A stretch of DNA of 64,000 bases from Pavona decussata. Lineage: Eukaryota. Location of the stretch: assembly GCA_977016875.1 (NCBI GenBank), contig CDRNST010000436.1:5828001-5892000 (forward strand), given 5' to 3'. This document shows, in pieces, positions 25,401 to 35,848 of the stretch (its first letter is position 1; each line of letters begins with the position of its first letter). Under the pieces are notes generated by a model. That model made no database searches. It saw only the letters and a list, made by a program, of their open reading frames with translations, and was not told the DNA's origin. The position numbers and the translations under genes were made by a program.

Positions 25401-28400
25401 AATTTGAGTAGTGCTGGAAGAGGAACGCACTATCAATGACTGAGCAGAGTTTGATGAGACGTTCACCGCACCACAGACCAACATCTTGCTCATTGTTAGA
25501 GTATGTCAACACCCCAGGGCCATCCCTCTCATCTCTCCTATACACACCCTGTACAAACAAACAAGTACAACAGGTTAAACCCTGCAAGGTATCATTGAAG
25601 TGGACTCCTGTGGTATTATGAGCCCAGGGGAATACTCCAGATTTCAAGTGACGGGGATGGTCGAATGGGGGCAAAAATCAAAACCCCAAAAAATCCCTAG
25701 GGCTTCCAACAAAACCCCAAAAAATCCCTGGACCAAACAAACAGGTGCAAAACAAGTTTGGTTGTACTTTATTCGCAGAACTACACCGCCGGGATACGTG
25801 GGCACTACCACGAATCTTCAGATTGCTTTGAATACCTAAAAAAACCCTACTCAAATCAAGCCACCCCCAAAAAATTCTTTGATCATCCCTGTCACTTGAA
25901 ATCTGGAGTACCCCCCCTGGGATCATGAGCACCACCCATCTACACCCTCTCCTTTTACATATCAGAAATTACCTGTTGTACTCAGATTGTGATGTAATTT
26001 ACTTGCGAATATCTCAAACTTCTGCTGTCTTTGTTGTCTATGAGTGTCATAGCATCAGTTTACGGCAACTTTTTGGAATTCAGAATACGGTCCTTTACTG
26101 CGGACACCATCTGGATTGCCAGTTACCGTCCATAATAGCGAGAATTTATTTCAGTCAAACATGACATTGACATGACATTGGCCTTATGTCATTGTGTAGT
26201 TCCATACCCACCCCATGGAAGGTCATCAGAATTTCCTAGGTGGAGGGGTGTCTTAAAAGCCAAAATTTTAGAAGCAAAATATGAAGCTTAACTGGAATTT
26301 CCTGGGGGGAGGGGGATGTAAAACAAAAACTTTCTGTGGAGGGAGTACTGGATATTTTCTGGAACTGCACATTGGTGTGAAACAGACTTAACCCTTTCCC
26401 GACCAAGAGTGCCATATGGCACAAGACGCAATTATGAGCTCAGTATTTGGTCAATTTGTGTGAAATTTGCACAACCAAAAGATCTTTGAAAGATCTATTA
26501 ATTGAAGGCATAAAATCATGCCCCCCTCCTATATGAGACTTGATTAACCACCCCTCAAACTTTTGGATTTTTTTTCCTTTGTACGTTAAGGGTTCAGTTG
26601 ATATCTTACAACAAGCAATGCACTGAGAGCTGTACATTAAGCTATAGTTTAGGGGGATACCCAGTATGTACAACGAATAAGAAAAATTTTCAATGTTTTT
26701 CTTCTTTCGTTTTGGACTTTTCTCACTCTCATATGTGACCTCCTCCATCTCTGTTGGTGTGATTTATAGCACACTCCAGAAAATACCTTTTAAATGGTAT
26801 ATCACATGTGGTATCCCAGTTCATAGTTAGCGATTTAGAAAAATTCGCCATTTCCCTCGGACGGGAAAGGGTTAAGCGATTTTCAAGTGTGTTTACAAAC
26901 TAAAGTAAGCTACCTTTATGTATCACACACCTCAAATTTACTTCCACTAGGGAAGGTGAATGTTCCAAACCCTTCTTTCTTGTCATTTTCAAAGTGGCCC
27001 TCAAATTTTGTACCATCTGGCCAGCTATAAACTCCTTTGCCATGCTTTCTGTCACGGTAAAAATCTCCACTGTAACTCTAAAGTGAACAAAACAGTTTTA
27101 AAACTTTTTAATCTCTCACTACAGCTGTATCACTTATCCCTGCCCCCAGGATGGGATGACAGTCCATACTCACAGTACATAACTTAAGTAACTTTTTTCC
27201 ATTTCCTAGTAGCTCTCCAGTGACAACTGATGGCTGTATATACAGTCAAAACCCCCCTTGCGACCACCTCTCGTAAACAACCACCTCTCTTGAAGGACCA
27301 CCTTTCCAAAATACCAAAATTTTCCCAGTCAAATCACTATAGTTGGAACCTCTCATAAGTGACCACCTCTTGTAAGGGCAGATCATGACCACTTTTAGAG
27401 GTGACAGTCGTAATTTTCTTTTGTTTTTAACCTCCTGTAAGCGACCACTTGTCACAAACGTCCTCACATCTATCCCTGGTCGGAAGTTAGACAATTTGCA
27501 GCATTGTCGTTAATATTAAGTTCCCTAATTTGCCTTTGTAATATAATATGACATCATGGCACTCTTGGGTAGTACAGGAGACATGAAATTATGTCACAAT
27601 CAGGGTACTGGGCTTCCTGAAATAGACTTGTCCCATTTCCCATATTAGTCATGTAAGGTAATGCATCACAGGCAAACCATCAACTTGAATACTGAAATTC
27701 TTTGGCAAAGTAATTTTGGAAAGTTTTTTGTGGCTACTAAATCTCTGGAGTCACCTTGTGTTAATGGTTCAAAACTTAGTCTGGCCTCTCGTAAGTGACC
27801 ACCTCCTGTAAGCGACCACCTAGGCTTGACGTTTTGGGTGGTCGCTTACGGAAGGTTTGACTGTATTTACTTTTATTACCAACAGTAAATTTATGCATAA
27901 AATTACAGACAAACTACATATCAATTTTGTAAAATTACTGTCGCTGCTTTCTCAATACATCCAGGTTCCCTCTCCACCGATTGTGGCATTATATTAAAAG
28001 CCAATAGTTTCATGTAGCTACATTGTATATTTTACTAGAAATACGTGACTCGCAAAACCTCGCGAAGCTGGGGCTGGGTGGAAAGCCCTCTTTACTCGTA
28101 TTGTAGCATCAAACGAGGAGATTAAAAGGCACATCAGATTTTTTTTTTGATGAGCATGGTGTTTTCGTAGGTTAGCGGTTGAAAATCTATTTGTGACGCG
28201 ACGTAATGTACAACGGGCGTGCAGCGCTGCCGTGTTCGATGAATTTATTTCGCACGGAAAATTATTTACCGCGGCCACAAAACGTGTAATTTCTTTAATG
28301 CAATCTTTCACAAAAAAGATTTCTAAAAGAAAGGGAAAAGATTCTGGAGAGATAGTTCTGTATCCAGTGAATATTGATAAACATTGCAGTTGAAATTTGA

Positions 28401-29717
28401 TCATGCACACATATTTTTTTCGATGTATGCAAATTTTGCTCCAGACGACGCCAGACAGTCTGACGTCATTGTGCGGACACCTTCAAAGATATAAACATAT
28501 ACACATATATATATATAAATATATTTTTCCCTCGAATTCGCGCGGCTTAGCTCCGCTCGGGCCGGCTCGGCCCGACAAATTTATTAACCTCGCTTTGCGA
28601 GGAAAAATTTTGGGAGCAAGACCAGCTTTGTCGCAAGAACAATAATAAATATTAATTAATTATTAATTTTATGCACTACTGGAACCTCCAACGGAATAAA
28701 TTATAGAAGCTAGTGGTGTCGATGCACTTGAATCGGCATTGAGAAGCCTGCCGCTGCTGATCCGACTGTGTGATCCAATTTCTTTCTTTTTTTTAATAAT
28801 AAATTATTATACACCTGAACCTATTTCTTATAGGATTCTGTGCATGTTCTACAAATGTAAACAGTTATGAGACAGTAGTTTTCGTATTTCGTCTCGTCTG
28901 TTGTGATGGGCTTGCCTCTTTGCAAATTATAAGATGATATTTAGATTGCAAATCTATCAAACTCAGTGTATACCTAATACAATTTGTTGTGGTTTTGATG
29001 TTGATTTATGTCTGATCTACTTCACAGACTACCGTCTGTAAAAGTCAAGTCATTTGTTTATAACTAACAAAGGATGTCTTGCAGTTGCTCACAAATAAAA
29101 GCAATTTTCCGGAAATTGTGCGCCGATATCGCACCTTCGTTTACGTGGCTTTATAACAACTCCAAAAAATATAAGCCTATATTCTCAACCAAAATGTTGA
29201 AAGCGATTCTAAGTCAAATGTAAATAATTTACTACAAAAATTAAGCTTATCTTGCATAAGCTTATTCTCTGACAAAAATATGTTAAATTTTCATACAACT
29301 CGTGTCGCAACAAAACTGCGAGCCAAGTTGCAAGAAAAACTACCGAGTGTTAAGGCAAAATCAAATCATTTTTATAATATTAAAACAGATCGCATCTTTT
29401 GTTTTAGCGACATGGTGGCTCACCTCTCCATCCGGCCAGGTGAGAGTTCCAACACCATGACGCAAGTCGCGCACAAAAGCCCCATCATATATAGAGCCGT
29501 CTGCCCAGTACTGCTTGCCGTAACCATGCCTTGTATTGTCAACATATTCTCCATCATAACAAGCCCCATTAGGCCACTTAAAAATCCCTTTACCACTCTT
29601 TTTAGATCCTTCAAGTTCGCCATGATAAACAGCCCCGCTTTTGTACTCCCGGCGATATTGGCTGGTGTTCAATCGAAGGACTCGATTCGATGTTGAAATT
29701 TTTGTGCCCCTTTTCAT
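16442..29717 (-). CDS. ANKMY1: Ankyrin repeat and MYND domain-containing protein 1 (about 1130 aa)
   Basis: Exons (minus): 29717-29424, 27077-26931, 25548-25063, 24684-23948, 23428-23257, 22894-22715, 21369-21262, 20537-20406, 20013-19906, 19400-19229, 18428-18160, 17624-17243, 16647-16442. All junctions are GT-AG with consistent phases, total 3393 nt. N-terminal MORN repeats ([28 protein letters not shown]), ankyrin repeats ([25 protein letters not shown]), a [12 protein letters not shown] block and a MYND finger ([34 protein letters not shown]). This domain order is diagnostic of ANKMY1. Confidence 0.93.
16936..16980 (-). ncRNA. Type I hammerhead ribozyme-like motif with defective core (retrozyme-like), in the last ANKMY1 intron
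   Basis: Minus: gccctg-CTGA-ggcc taatat ggcc-GAAA-c agct g-TT-cacggc. Perfect stem II, stem III with a palindromic AGCT loop, stem I gccctg/cacggc. The core lacks 3 nt of CUGAUGA. Confidence 0.65.
17833..18004 (+). mobile_element. Inverted-repeat remnant with a minimal hammerhead motif (Penelope-like)
   Basis: Arms aactgattgcaggg..ggcaaaggg / ccctttgcc..ccctgcaatcagtt. 17904-17944: ggcc-CTGAAGA-aggttagttgtactagtt-GAAATATT-gccc. Confidence 0.6.
18105..18140. repeat. (GATT)n/(GATC)n microsatellite
   Basis: Directly visible. Confidence 0.9.
18785..18970. mobile_element. piggyBac-type MITE
   Basis: ttaa|ccctttcactc ... gagtgaaaggg|ttaa: CCC/GGG termini and TTAA TSD. Confidence 0.8.
20108..20256. 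mobile_element. Palindromic MITE (tagcctgcgtagc family)
   Basis: agctggcgg..gcgtggggtc..cttggcgg / ccgccaag..gaccccacac..ccaccagct arms. Confidence 0.7.
20731..20960 (+). repeat. 106-bp minisatellite, about 2 units
   Basis: Unit close to gtgtgaccattcaaatgaaagctactgagcagtactttcctgtggtgctgtttattatgctgtacaaggtggttct..gagtctgtggatgaaatcctaaa. Recurs at 53.7, 60.0 and 63.5 kb. Confidence 0.85.
21029..21237 (+). mobile_element. Degenerate tRNA-derived SINE
   Basis: gggagcagggatg head with degenerate A- and B-box-like segments (gtttgattccc) and a (ttta)n tail. Resembles a common coral SINE (from recall). Confidence 0.6.
21588..22055. mobile_element. Non-autonomous DNA transposon with CAGGGTTTTCA TIRs and a perfect 7-bp TSD (hAT- or P-like)
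   Basis: aggaact|cagggttttca ... tgaaaaccctg|aggaact. Confidence 0.8.
22385..22562. mobile_element. Tc1/mariner (pogo/Tigger-like) MITE
   Basis: ta|cagtcgaacctct ... agaggttccgctg|ta. Confidence 0.75.
25623..25921. mobile_element. MITE with CCCAGGGG..TACTCCAGATTTCAAGTGAC TIRs
   Basis: tactccagatttcaagtgacggggatg / catccctgtcacttgaaatctggagta. Confidence 0.75.
26194..26372. mobile_element. MITE with tgtgtagttcca / tggaactgcaca TIRs
   Basis: Terminal inverted repeats visible. Confidence 0.6.
26392..26871. mobile_element. piggyBac-type non-autonomous element
   Basis: ttaa|ccctttcccg ... cgggaaaggg|ttaa. Confidence 0.8.
27243..27863. mobile_element. pogo/Tigger-like non-autonomous element with GACCACCT sub-repeats
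   Basis: ta|cagtcaaa ... tttgactg|ta, with several gcgaccacct copies inside. Confidence 0.8.
28033..28580 (+). mobile_element. Candidate Helentron/HINE-like non-autonomous element
   Basis: Starts tt-tactag, has an (AT)n tract at 28495-28524 and ends with the GC-rich stem-loop tcgggccg-gct-cggcccga (28557-28575). No TSD seen. Confidence 0.4.
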
Positions 29718-29867
29718 ACTTCATAACAACCACGTAGTAAGCCTTCTTAAACCCCAATGCAGCTTTTCACGAAAGAGAAAATACTCTGAATGGAGTTTCC
29801 ACGTCTTTCAAAACACTGATTGCTCATCTGCAGAGCGCGCTTGCAAATGGCATGTCTTTGTTACTGT

Positions 29868-29894
29868 GTTGCTAAGCCACCAAATATGGGCAAC
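29868..29894. promoter_or_regulatory. X-box (RFX)-like motif about 150 bp upstream of the ANKMY1 ATG
   Basis: GTTGCTAAGCCAC followed by a GGCAAC half-site. A GC box and YY1-like ATGGCGGC / AGATGGCC motifs lie at 30013-30066. Confidence 0.4.
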
Positions 29895-31474
29895 TATTGT
29901 CCACGATGAAAACAAAGAAAAAATGGAAATGAGAGGAAGAAAGGAAAGATAGGAAGAGAAATTTATCTTTTTAGCTATATTTGATACATAGAAATCTGCT
30001 TGAATTCTTGACAATGGCGGCCAAGGGGGCGGGTGTAAATGTTATCCTTATCCCTAAGATGGCCACCTTTATTGTATAAATTACCACAAAACAAATAGAA
30101 CCAAGGGTGATCTCCCCTGAAAAGCTCTTACAAGCTTGCTGAGATCATCCTGCTACTAAATAAGTAACTGTAGATTCAATTGATGTAAGTAAGAAAAGTG
30201 GCAAAAAAAAATAAAGTGAAGTGAAGTGAAGTATTTTATAATTCCCAATATTTTATTTTGCTTTTAACGAAACATAAACTATCTCCCCGGAAAGAAGATT
30301 ACTGGAGTCCAACTTCAGATGAGATAAGATCAATCTTGTAGTTTTGTTTTCCTCCTGAGATGCAAAATGAATTTACAGCACCTAAATTGCTGTAAAAAAA
30401 AATGTGATCACAAGAAAAAATTAGACCCCCTTTTCACTTGGATTTGTGAATAAATGGCTATTATTATAATTAGGACCATCCAAATCATTTTTAAATTAAC
30501 TTCTTTTTTTTTTAACATAAATGCAGTTTTGTTGCCATCAATCAGGGATAGGTTCAGCTGGGCAAATCAGGCGAAAAGCAAAGCATGTAAACCAAGTTTA
30601 ATGGCCCAGCTATGTCAATCCCACAAGGCTGTTCCTTAAGCATACAAAACTATTGGTCAGAAGGTCATAGGTTTCACTGCTGTTGGGCAAGCTTGGATTT
30701 TCTGTAATAATAATTTTAATGATACAGATAACTTTCAAACAAAGTTCATCATACATGAGCTATAACCTATTCAAACTATTCAATGTAGTGCACTAGTTAA
30801 AGAATTCAAAAAATTTGCAATCATTTATTATTAAATAGAATACCAACAAAATTAATGTTATTGAAAATAGTTTTGGTCAGCTAAAGTACAAACATTTCTC
30901 GATAGTGTAAGTGCAAGCATTCCTTCGCAGAGAAAAGGTGACTGAAAAACAATAAAAATTCCCATTTCACTGCTTGTGTAATTAAATTTATAAATTTTTG
31001 TCTGCCCTCTATCTGGATGATGCTCCTTCCCAACCCCCACTAATTCCTGCACTGACAGAGTAAAAATGCAGGGGGGTAGTGAGAGGAGAGAGCAGACATT
31101 TCTTACTCCAGTAAGCATTTTCAATGTTCAGAATGAATGCTAAATAAAATATGAAATTGAAGATTGCAAGCAGTAACAGGCCAGCCTCCCGAGAATTTGA
31201 CAGAGCTCAGTACTTTTGCATTAAACTGGGCAAAAATAAAGAATCTTAATAATGATCACTACTTTATCTCTCTTTCAATATAGTGATTATTATTATTATT
31301 ATTTATATTTTACTTTTTGGTGTGTGTTTTTTATAGATGCTTGAGAAAGAACCAGCAAGGCACCCGTAAACATGAGCCTGCTGATAATTTAGAATGTTGA
31401 AAGTCCTTGCTTCTCACTCCTGCTCCCCGCCTTCTTTAATGAGCCCTTCATGAAAATAAATTAACTCAAGACAT

Positions 31475-32413
31475 TTATTTTGGCAGATAGTCAATGTCTA
31501 TAACACTCAGCACTTGCTCTATCACTTTAGATCCCCCAGTGTTGTCCTGATGCATTTGTAAGTTAGCAAAATGGCTCCTTAGGTGCTCAAGAGCTTTCTT
31601 ATTTAAATTATTATCTTCTTTTTCTCTTTCATACTCTTTGCTCAGTCTATCAATTTCTTTCTGTAATTTTGCTTTTTCAATTTGATGTTGTTGCTCTAAG
31701 AAGTATTCACAGTTTTTCAAATTTTCCTCAAATTCCCTTTCCTTTCGGTCCAACCTTGACTGAAGTTGCTCGTTGTCGAGTTTTTCTCTATTCAGGTCTG
31801 ATTTAGTTTGGCTTAAAGTTTTCTCCATTTCTTTCTTCTCAGTTTTAAGTTCTTCCAAATCTCCTCTGGTAACTTTCAAGTTTGCATGATAACTTCTCAC
31901 ATCATCTTTCAACGCTCTGTAATTCACTTTCAAACGTTCATATTTCTTTTTCAAAATAAGCAGTCTATTTTTCACATGAGCGTCTGATTCGGCCACAACT
32001 TCATACTTTTCTTTCCAAATACTGATCTCATTTTGTGCCGATTGTAACATCGCGGCGAGTCTAAGATTTTGCATTTTCGCCTTTTGTAGAAACTTTCGTA
32101 ACATTTTCAATTCACTTTGATTCCATATGCATTCATCTTCGTCCTTCTTCTGCGGTTTACTCTCATGTTTTTCTTCTCTTTCACGTCTGACCCTGGAAGC
32201 AGCCTGCCTTTTATCGAGACTAGTACTTCGTCTTGAATTCAATTCTTCATCTGTTGCTTTTTCTTGCTCATAATAAACTTTCCTGTACACCTCCTCAAGA
32301 AGATTGGTGTTTTCTTTTTCTCTGTCGTCTACCACTGGACTTATTAGCATCTCCTCTACACTTCCGAACTGAAATTTGGGAGGAAAAACTTTTGCTACCC
32401 AGTGATCTGCCAT
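31475..32413 (-). CDS. CCDC160: Coiled-coil domain-containing protein 160-like (312 aa, single coding exon)
   Basis: Start at aagATGGCA (32413). N-terminal HWVAKVFPPKF and LEEVY and C-terminal NKKALEHLRSHFA match recalled vertebrate CCDC160 motifs (HW...FTPFF, MEEIY, NNRALELLR). Long heptad-rich core. A 5'UTR acceptor ttttctcag sits at about 32456 and a candidate upstream donor CAG|gtaag at about 33769. Confidence 0.8.
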   Translation of the reverse strand: MADHWVAKVFPPKFQFGSVEEMLISPVVDDREKENTNLLEEVYRKVYYEQEKATDEELNSRRSTSLDKRQAASRVRREREEKHESKPQKKDEDECIWNQSELKMLRKFLQKAKMQNLRLAAMLQSAQNEISIWKEKYEVVAESDAHVKNRLLILKKKYERLKVNYRALKDDVRSYHANLKVTRGDLEELKTEKKEMEKTLSQTKSDLNREKLDNEQLQSRLDRKEREFEENLKNCEYFLEQQHQIEKAKLQKEIDRLSKEYEREKEDNNLNKKALEHLRSHFANLQMHQDNTGGSKVIEQVLSVIDIDYLPK

Positions 32414-35400
32414 CTTGAATGCAAGAAGTGTCAGGCAACAGAACACATTTTTTCACTGAGAAAAGTAGAGGAGGCCTGGATCGAGAGCACTGCATTGTGG
32501 CGGGAAATTCACGCGGGATAGTCCACGGGATATGGGTTACCTTTTTATTTTGTCCCGTATTTTTCTTGGTTGGGATTATTTTTGAGGCGGATAAAAACAA
32601 CAGATCATGCAATTCATTTATCTTTGAACTGTGCTAGGGGGTAAAAGGACCGTGCAAAGGGATTAGGATTTATTTCTGAACACGTATTAGACCTTCGACT
32701 AAAAATCACCTCGGGAAATGCCCGCAGTTCAGTGCTGCTACACGGTGTTTGATACTAAGCAGTAAAGCAGGTGCAGTGTGAACGAAGGCTCGTGGGCTCC
32801 CAAATGAATCCGGTAACATGTGAACATAACCTCATCATAACTTCATCATTATCATCATCATCGTCGTAGTTGTCAGATCAGGGTACGTGTATGAATTTCA
32901 AGTCACTATGAGTCCCATCCAGGAGCCATAATCAGGGATTATGGCTCCTGGTCGCATCCTCATCGCTCCTTCCCATTATTTAACAGCAGATAAGGAGACC
33001 CTAGAAACAAGATTCGTCTGACACTAAGCGGTTATCTAAACCACACAAACTAGAGTATGCCTATGTCATTTACTGATTAATGCATCATTCGCACACAAAC
33101 TAGAGTTTGAAAGTCGTATTCCGTCCTATTCAATCTCGTACTCGTAGTTAAATCTGAAAGACCCTATTTTTTTCTGTTACACAAACATTCCAAGCCATTA
33201 CAATGCCTTCCCGAGTTCTTTCAAGTGTATCTATTAAATCCAAGACCAATCCACAATGTAGACACACGAAAGGGCAGGGTGTTGTCAATAGGTACCAATT
33301 TTTAGTAGGAGTGTGGTGCCTGAACTCGATACCCTTGCCCCATTTCAGACTAAAAGTCGAATCTACAGGAAGACAACGACCAAATGCTGGGAGAAATTGT
33401 CGTCTCACCGTACCCTTTAATTAAATATGAAAATATTTCATCTTGGTGATCATTTCCTCTATTCCCACGACCTGTTTGTTTAATCAAGTAGTGATATTGT
33501 AAGGAGAATTTATATGTTGGTCAGTATTGAGGGTAAAAGGGTTAAGAGAGACGTTTCGTGCTCAGAGCAAACTTGCAGTCTCTCAGTTCTCCCGGCGATG
33601 GTAAAGGGTACGGACAAAGTAACCGAAAAAACCTGGCAGCGGCTAAGTCGCTCTCTCGGGGGAAGGTTGAACTGAATAGTTCGCGCTTTACCTTACACGG
33701 CATCTTAAACTCTGAATCTTTTCCCATGAAAAAACAAACAAACAAAACTCAACGGAAAATTTCCTTACCTGTTTTTCGGACTATTTAGCGGACATACCTG
33801 TTAGACTACAATGGTGGAAATCTATATTCTATTTTAGTACCAACCGTCCAAAAACCGTAACTTTATACATAAACAAATAGCCTCACCGGCTAAGAAAATA
33901 CACCCTGCCTCTACCAGTACGGCATAAACGGCCACGCACAAATCACCTCATTGAAGTTTCTTTTGATAGCCGATATAAGCAGGACACAAATTTTAAAGGA
34001 TAATTACTTCCCGTAAAAAAAATATCTAGAACATTTTAAACATATAGCTTCATTTTTTGCATCTAAACCATATGACTGTGCGATTTTGTTTTATTTTAGG
34101 GTAATTTCATCCAGTATCATTAATTTCAGAGGCTTAAAAATTTTCGTGTCCGTAGAGCTTGTTATAAGGAAGTGAAATAACCACTTTTGTCAGCACGACT
34201 TTCCTTAAATGGTTTACTTGCTTTCCCTATAGGGTGTTTTATTTGTGTCGAGCAATGGCATTAGGAAGTAAGGGTGCTCCACAACCTACTGAGTAGGGGT
34301 AGGGTGCTTGAGTGTTTGTAAGGCGCGCTGCTCGCACGAAAGCTCTGGCACCAAATAGGTAAGCTAAGAAACGATAAGCTAAGCTAAGATAAGAACATTA
34401 GAAAAATGAGCCGTTGTTTCCCTCTTTATCAACTCTTCCCACACTTTGATTGGCTGGAACAGATAACTGATAACTCGTACAGCGCGGCTGATTCTATGAA
34501 AATAATTTTAAAGATGACTGACTGATTTCGTATTGTAATGCATGAGCACTGTCATAAGTGAGTTAAGCTCCACACCCCTCCCCCACCGGCCCTGAAAACG
34601 GTCATCTGCGATAGTAAATTACACCCTAAGAAGTTGTCCGTTGTTGCCACGTTCCAATGTGTCGTTTATCGAGCCATAAACAGATCAAGTGAAAAATAAA
34701 CTTAATATTTCTCTCACAAGTTAAAGTCATTACTCAATACTTTCATTTTTTTATTTAAACTTTAACGATGTGGTAACAACTGTTATATTTCCCTGGATTG
34801 ATTAGTGCCTGGCCCGCTGAAATGAACATATTGGCGCATCACTAAGTGAATTTAACTTATTTTATGTCTGCCTGCATACATCATTTCGCTCCATTTTCGC
34901 TGTACATTGTACGTTGTTTCATTGTGGTTGATTGTTTTTTTAACGGGTAACATAAATTCGCACCAGGTGAACAGTATTAGAACAATGACTTGGAAGTTTC
35001 GTTTCCGCTATTCTTTCCTTTTAGACATAGTTGTTATCTTTTACGCAATATTGTTTTACAATGGAAGTACATAATAACAATTCACTACAAAAATAGATTA
35101 GAATTCACTTATGATTGAGTTTTTTAATCAAGTTTGTAAAAAACCGCCTGTTTTTTAGTTGCTGGTAGCAGTACAGAGATAAAAATTGAATGACTTGATT
35201 GTTAACGTTCATTCAAATCAGAAAAACAAAAATGGACTGAAAAAAATTACGCATGCACTGAAGGTTATACGAGCAACCCTCCCTTGTGAAAAGGATTCTT
35301 ATTGTTTACATGATTGATAGCAAGAAAGATTTGCCCTAATGTTTTACAAAATGAATGGTTCGGCAGTTTCCTACCTGTAATCAACTGATATGTGTAAGAC

Positions 35401-35671
35401 AGAGGAAAAACGTGTTATACGAAGGAAAACACATTCAGCGGTACTTGATGTCTTTCAGGAGCTTAGATGACAAATAGTTTATCATCAGCAGTCAGTAAAT
35501 ACAAGATCCAACGGTCGGGTTCAAATGACGCTTTATAAGGATTTTCAAACGTGAATTGGTAAGCCTGGCAGATTGAAATTTTGAAATATGATATAAGAAC
35601 TTTAACTGCAAGCTCAGACATAAACAATGCGCTGATAACTTTCGCTTTACTGATTGGAAATTTGGTGATTC

Positions 35672-35848
35672 GTTGAAACCTCGATTTAACGAATCAGGGA
35701 CCAGGGACTAGGGAAATTAGTTCGTTATATAGAGGGTTCACTATATCGAGGTCCTGTTCCATACATTTCAACACGCCGGGCTGGAGAATATCGTTCGTTA
35801 TACCGAGGATTTCGTTATATAGCGGTTCGCTAAATCGAGGTTCCACTG
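35672..35848. mobile_element. pogo-like MITE
   Basis: aacctcgattta / taaatcgaggtt TIRs with ttcgttata sub-repeats. Confidence 0.7.

Noticed and set aside
32414-32446. N-terminal extension MFCCLTLLAFK of the coiled-coil ORF
   Set aside because: Begins at a GTG; the ATG at 32413 has good context and similarity to CCDC160 starts there.
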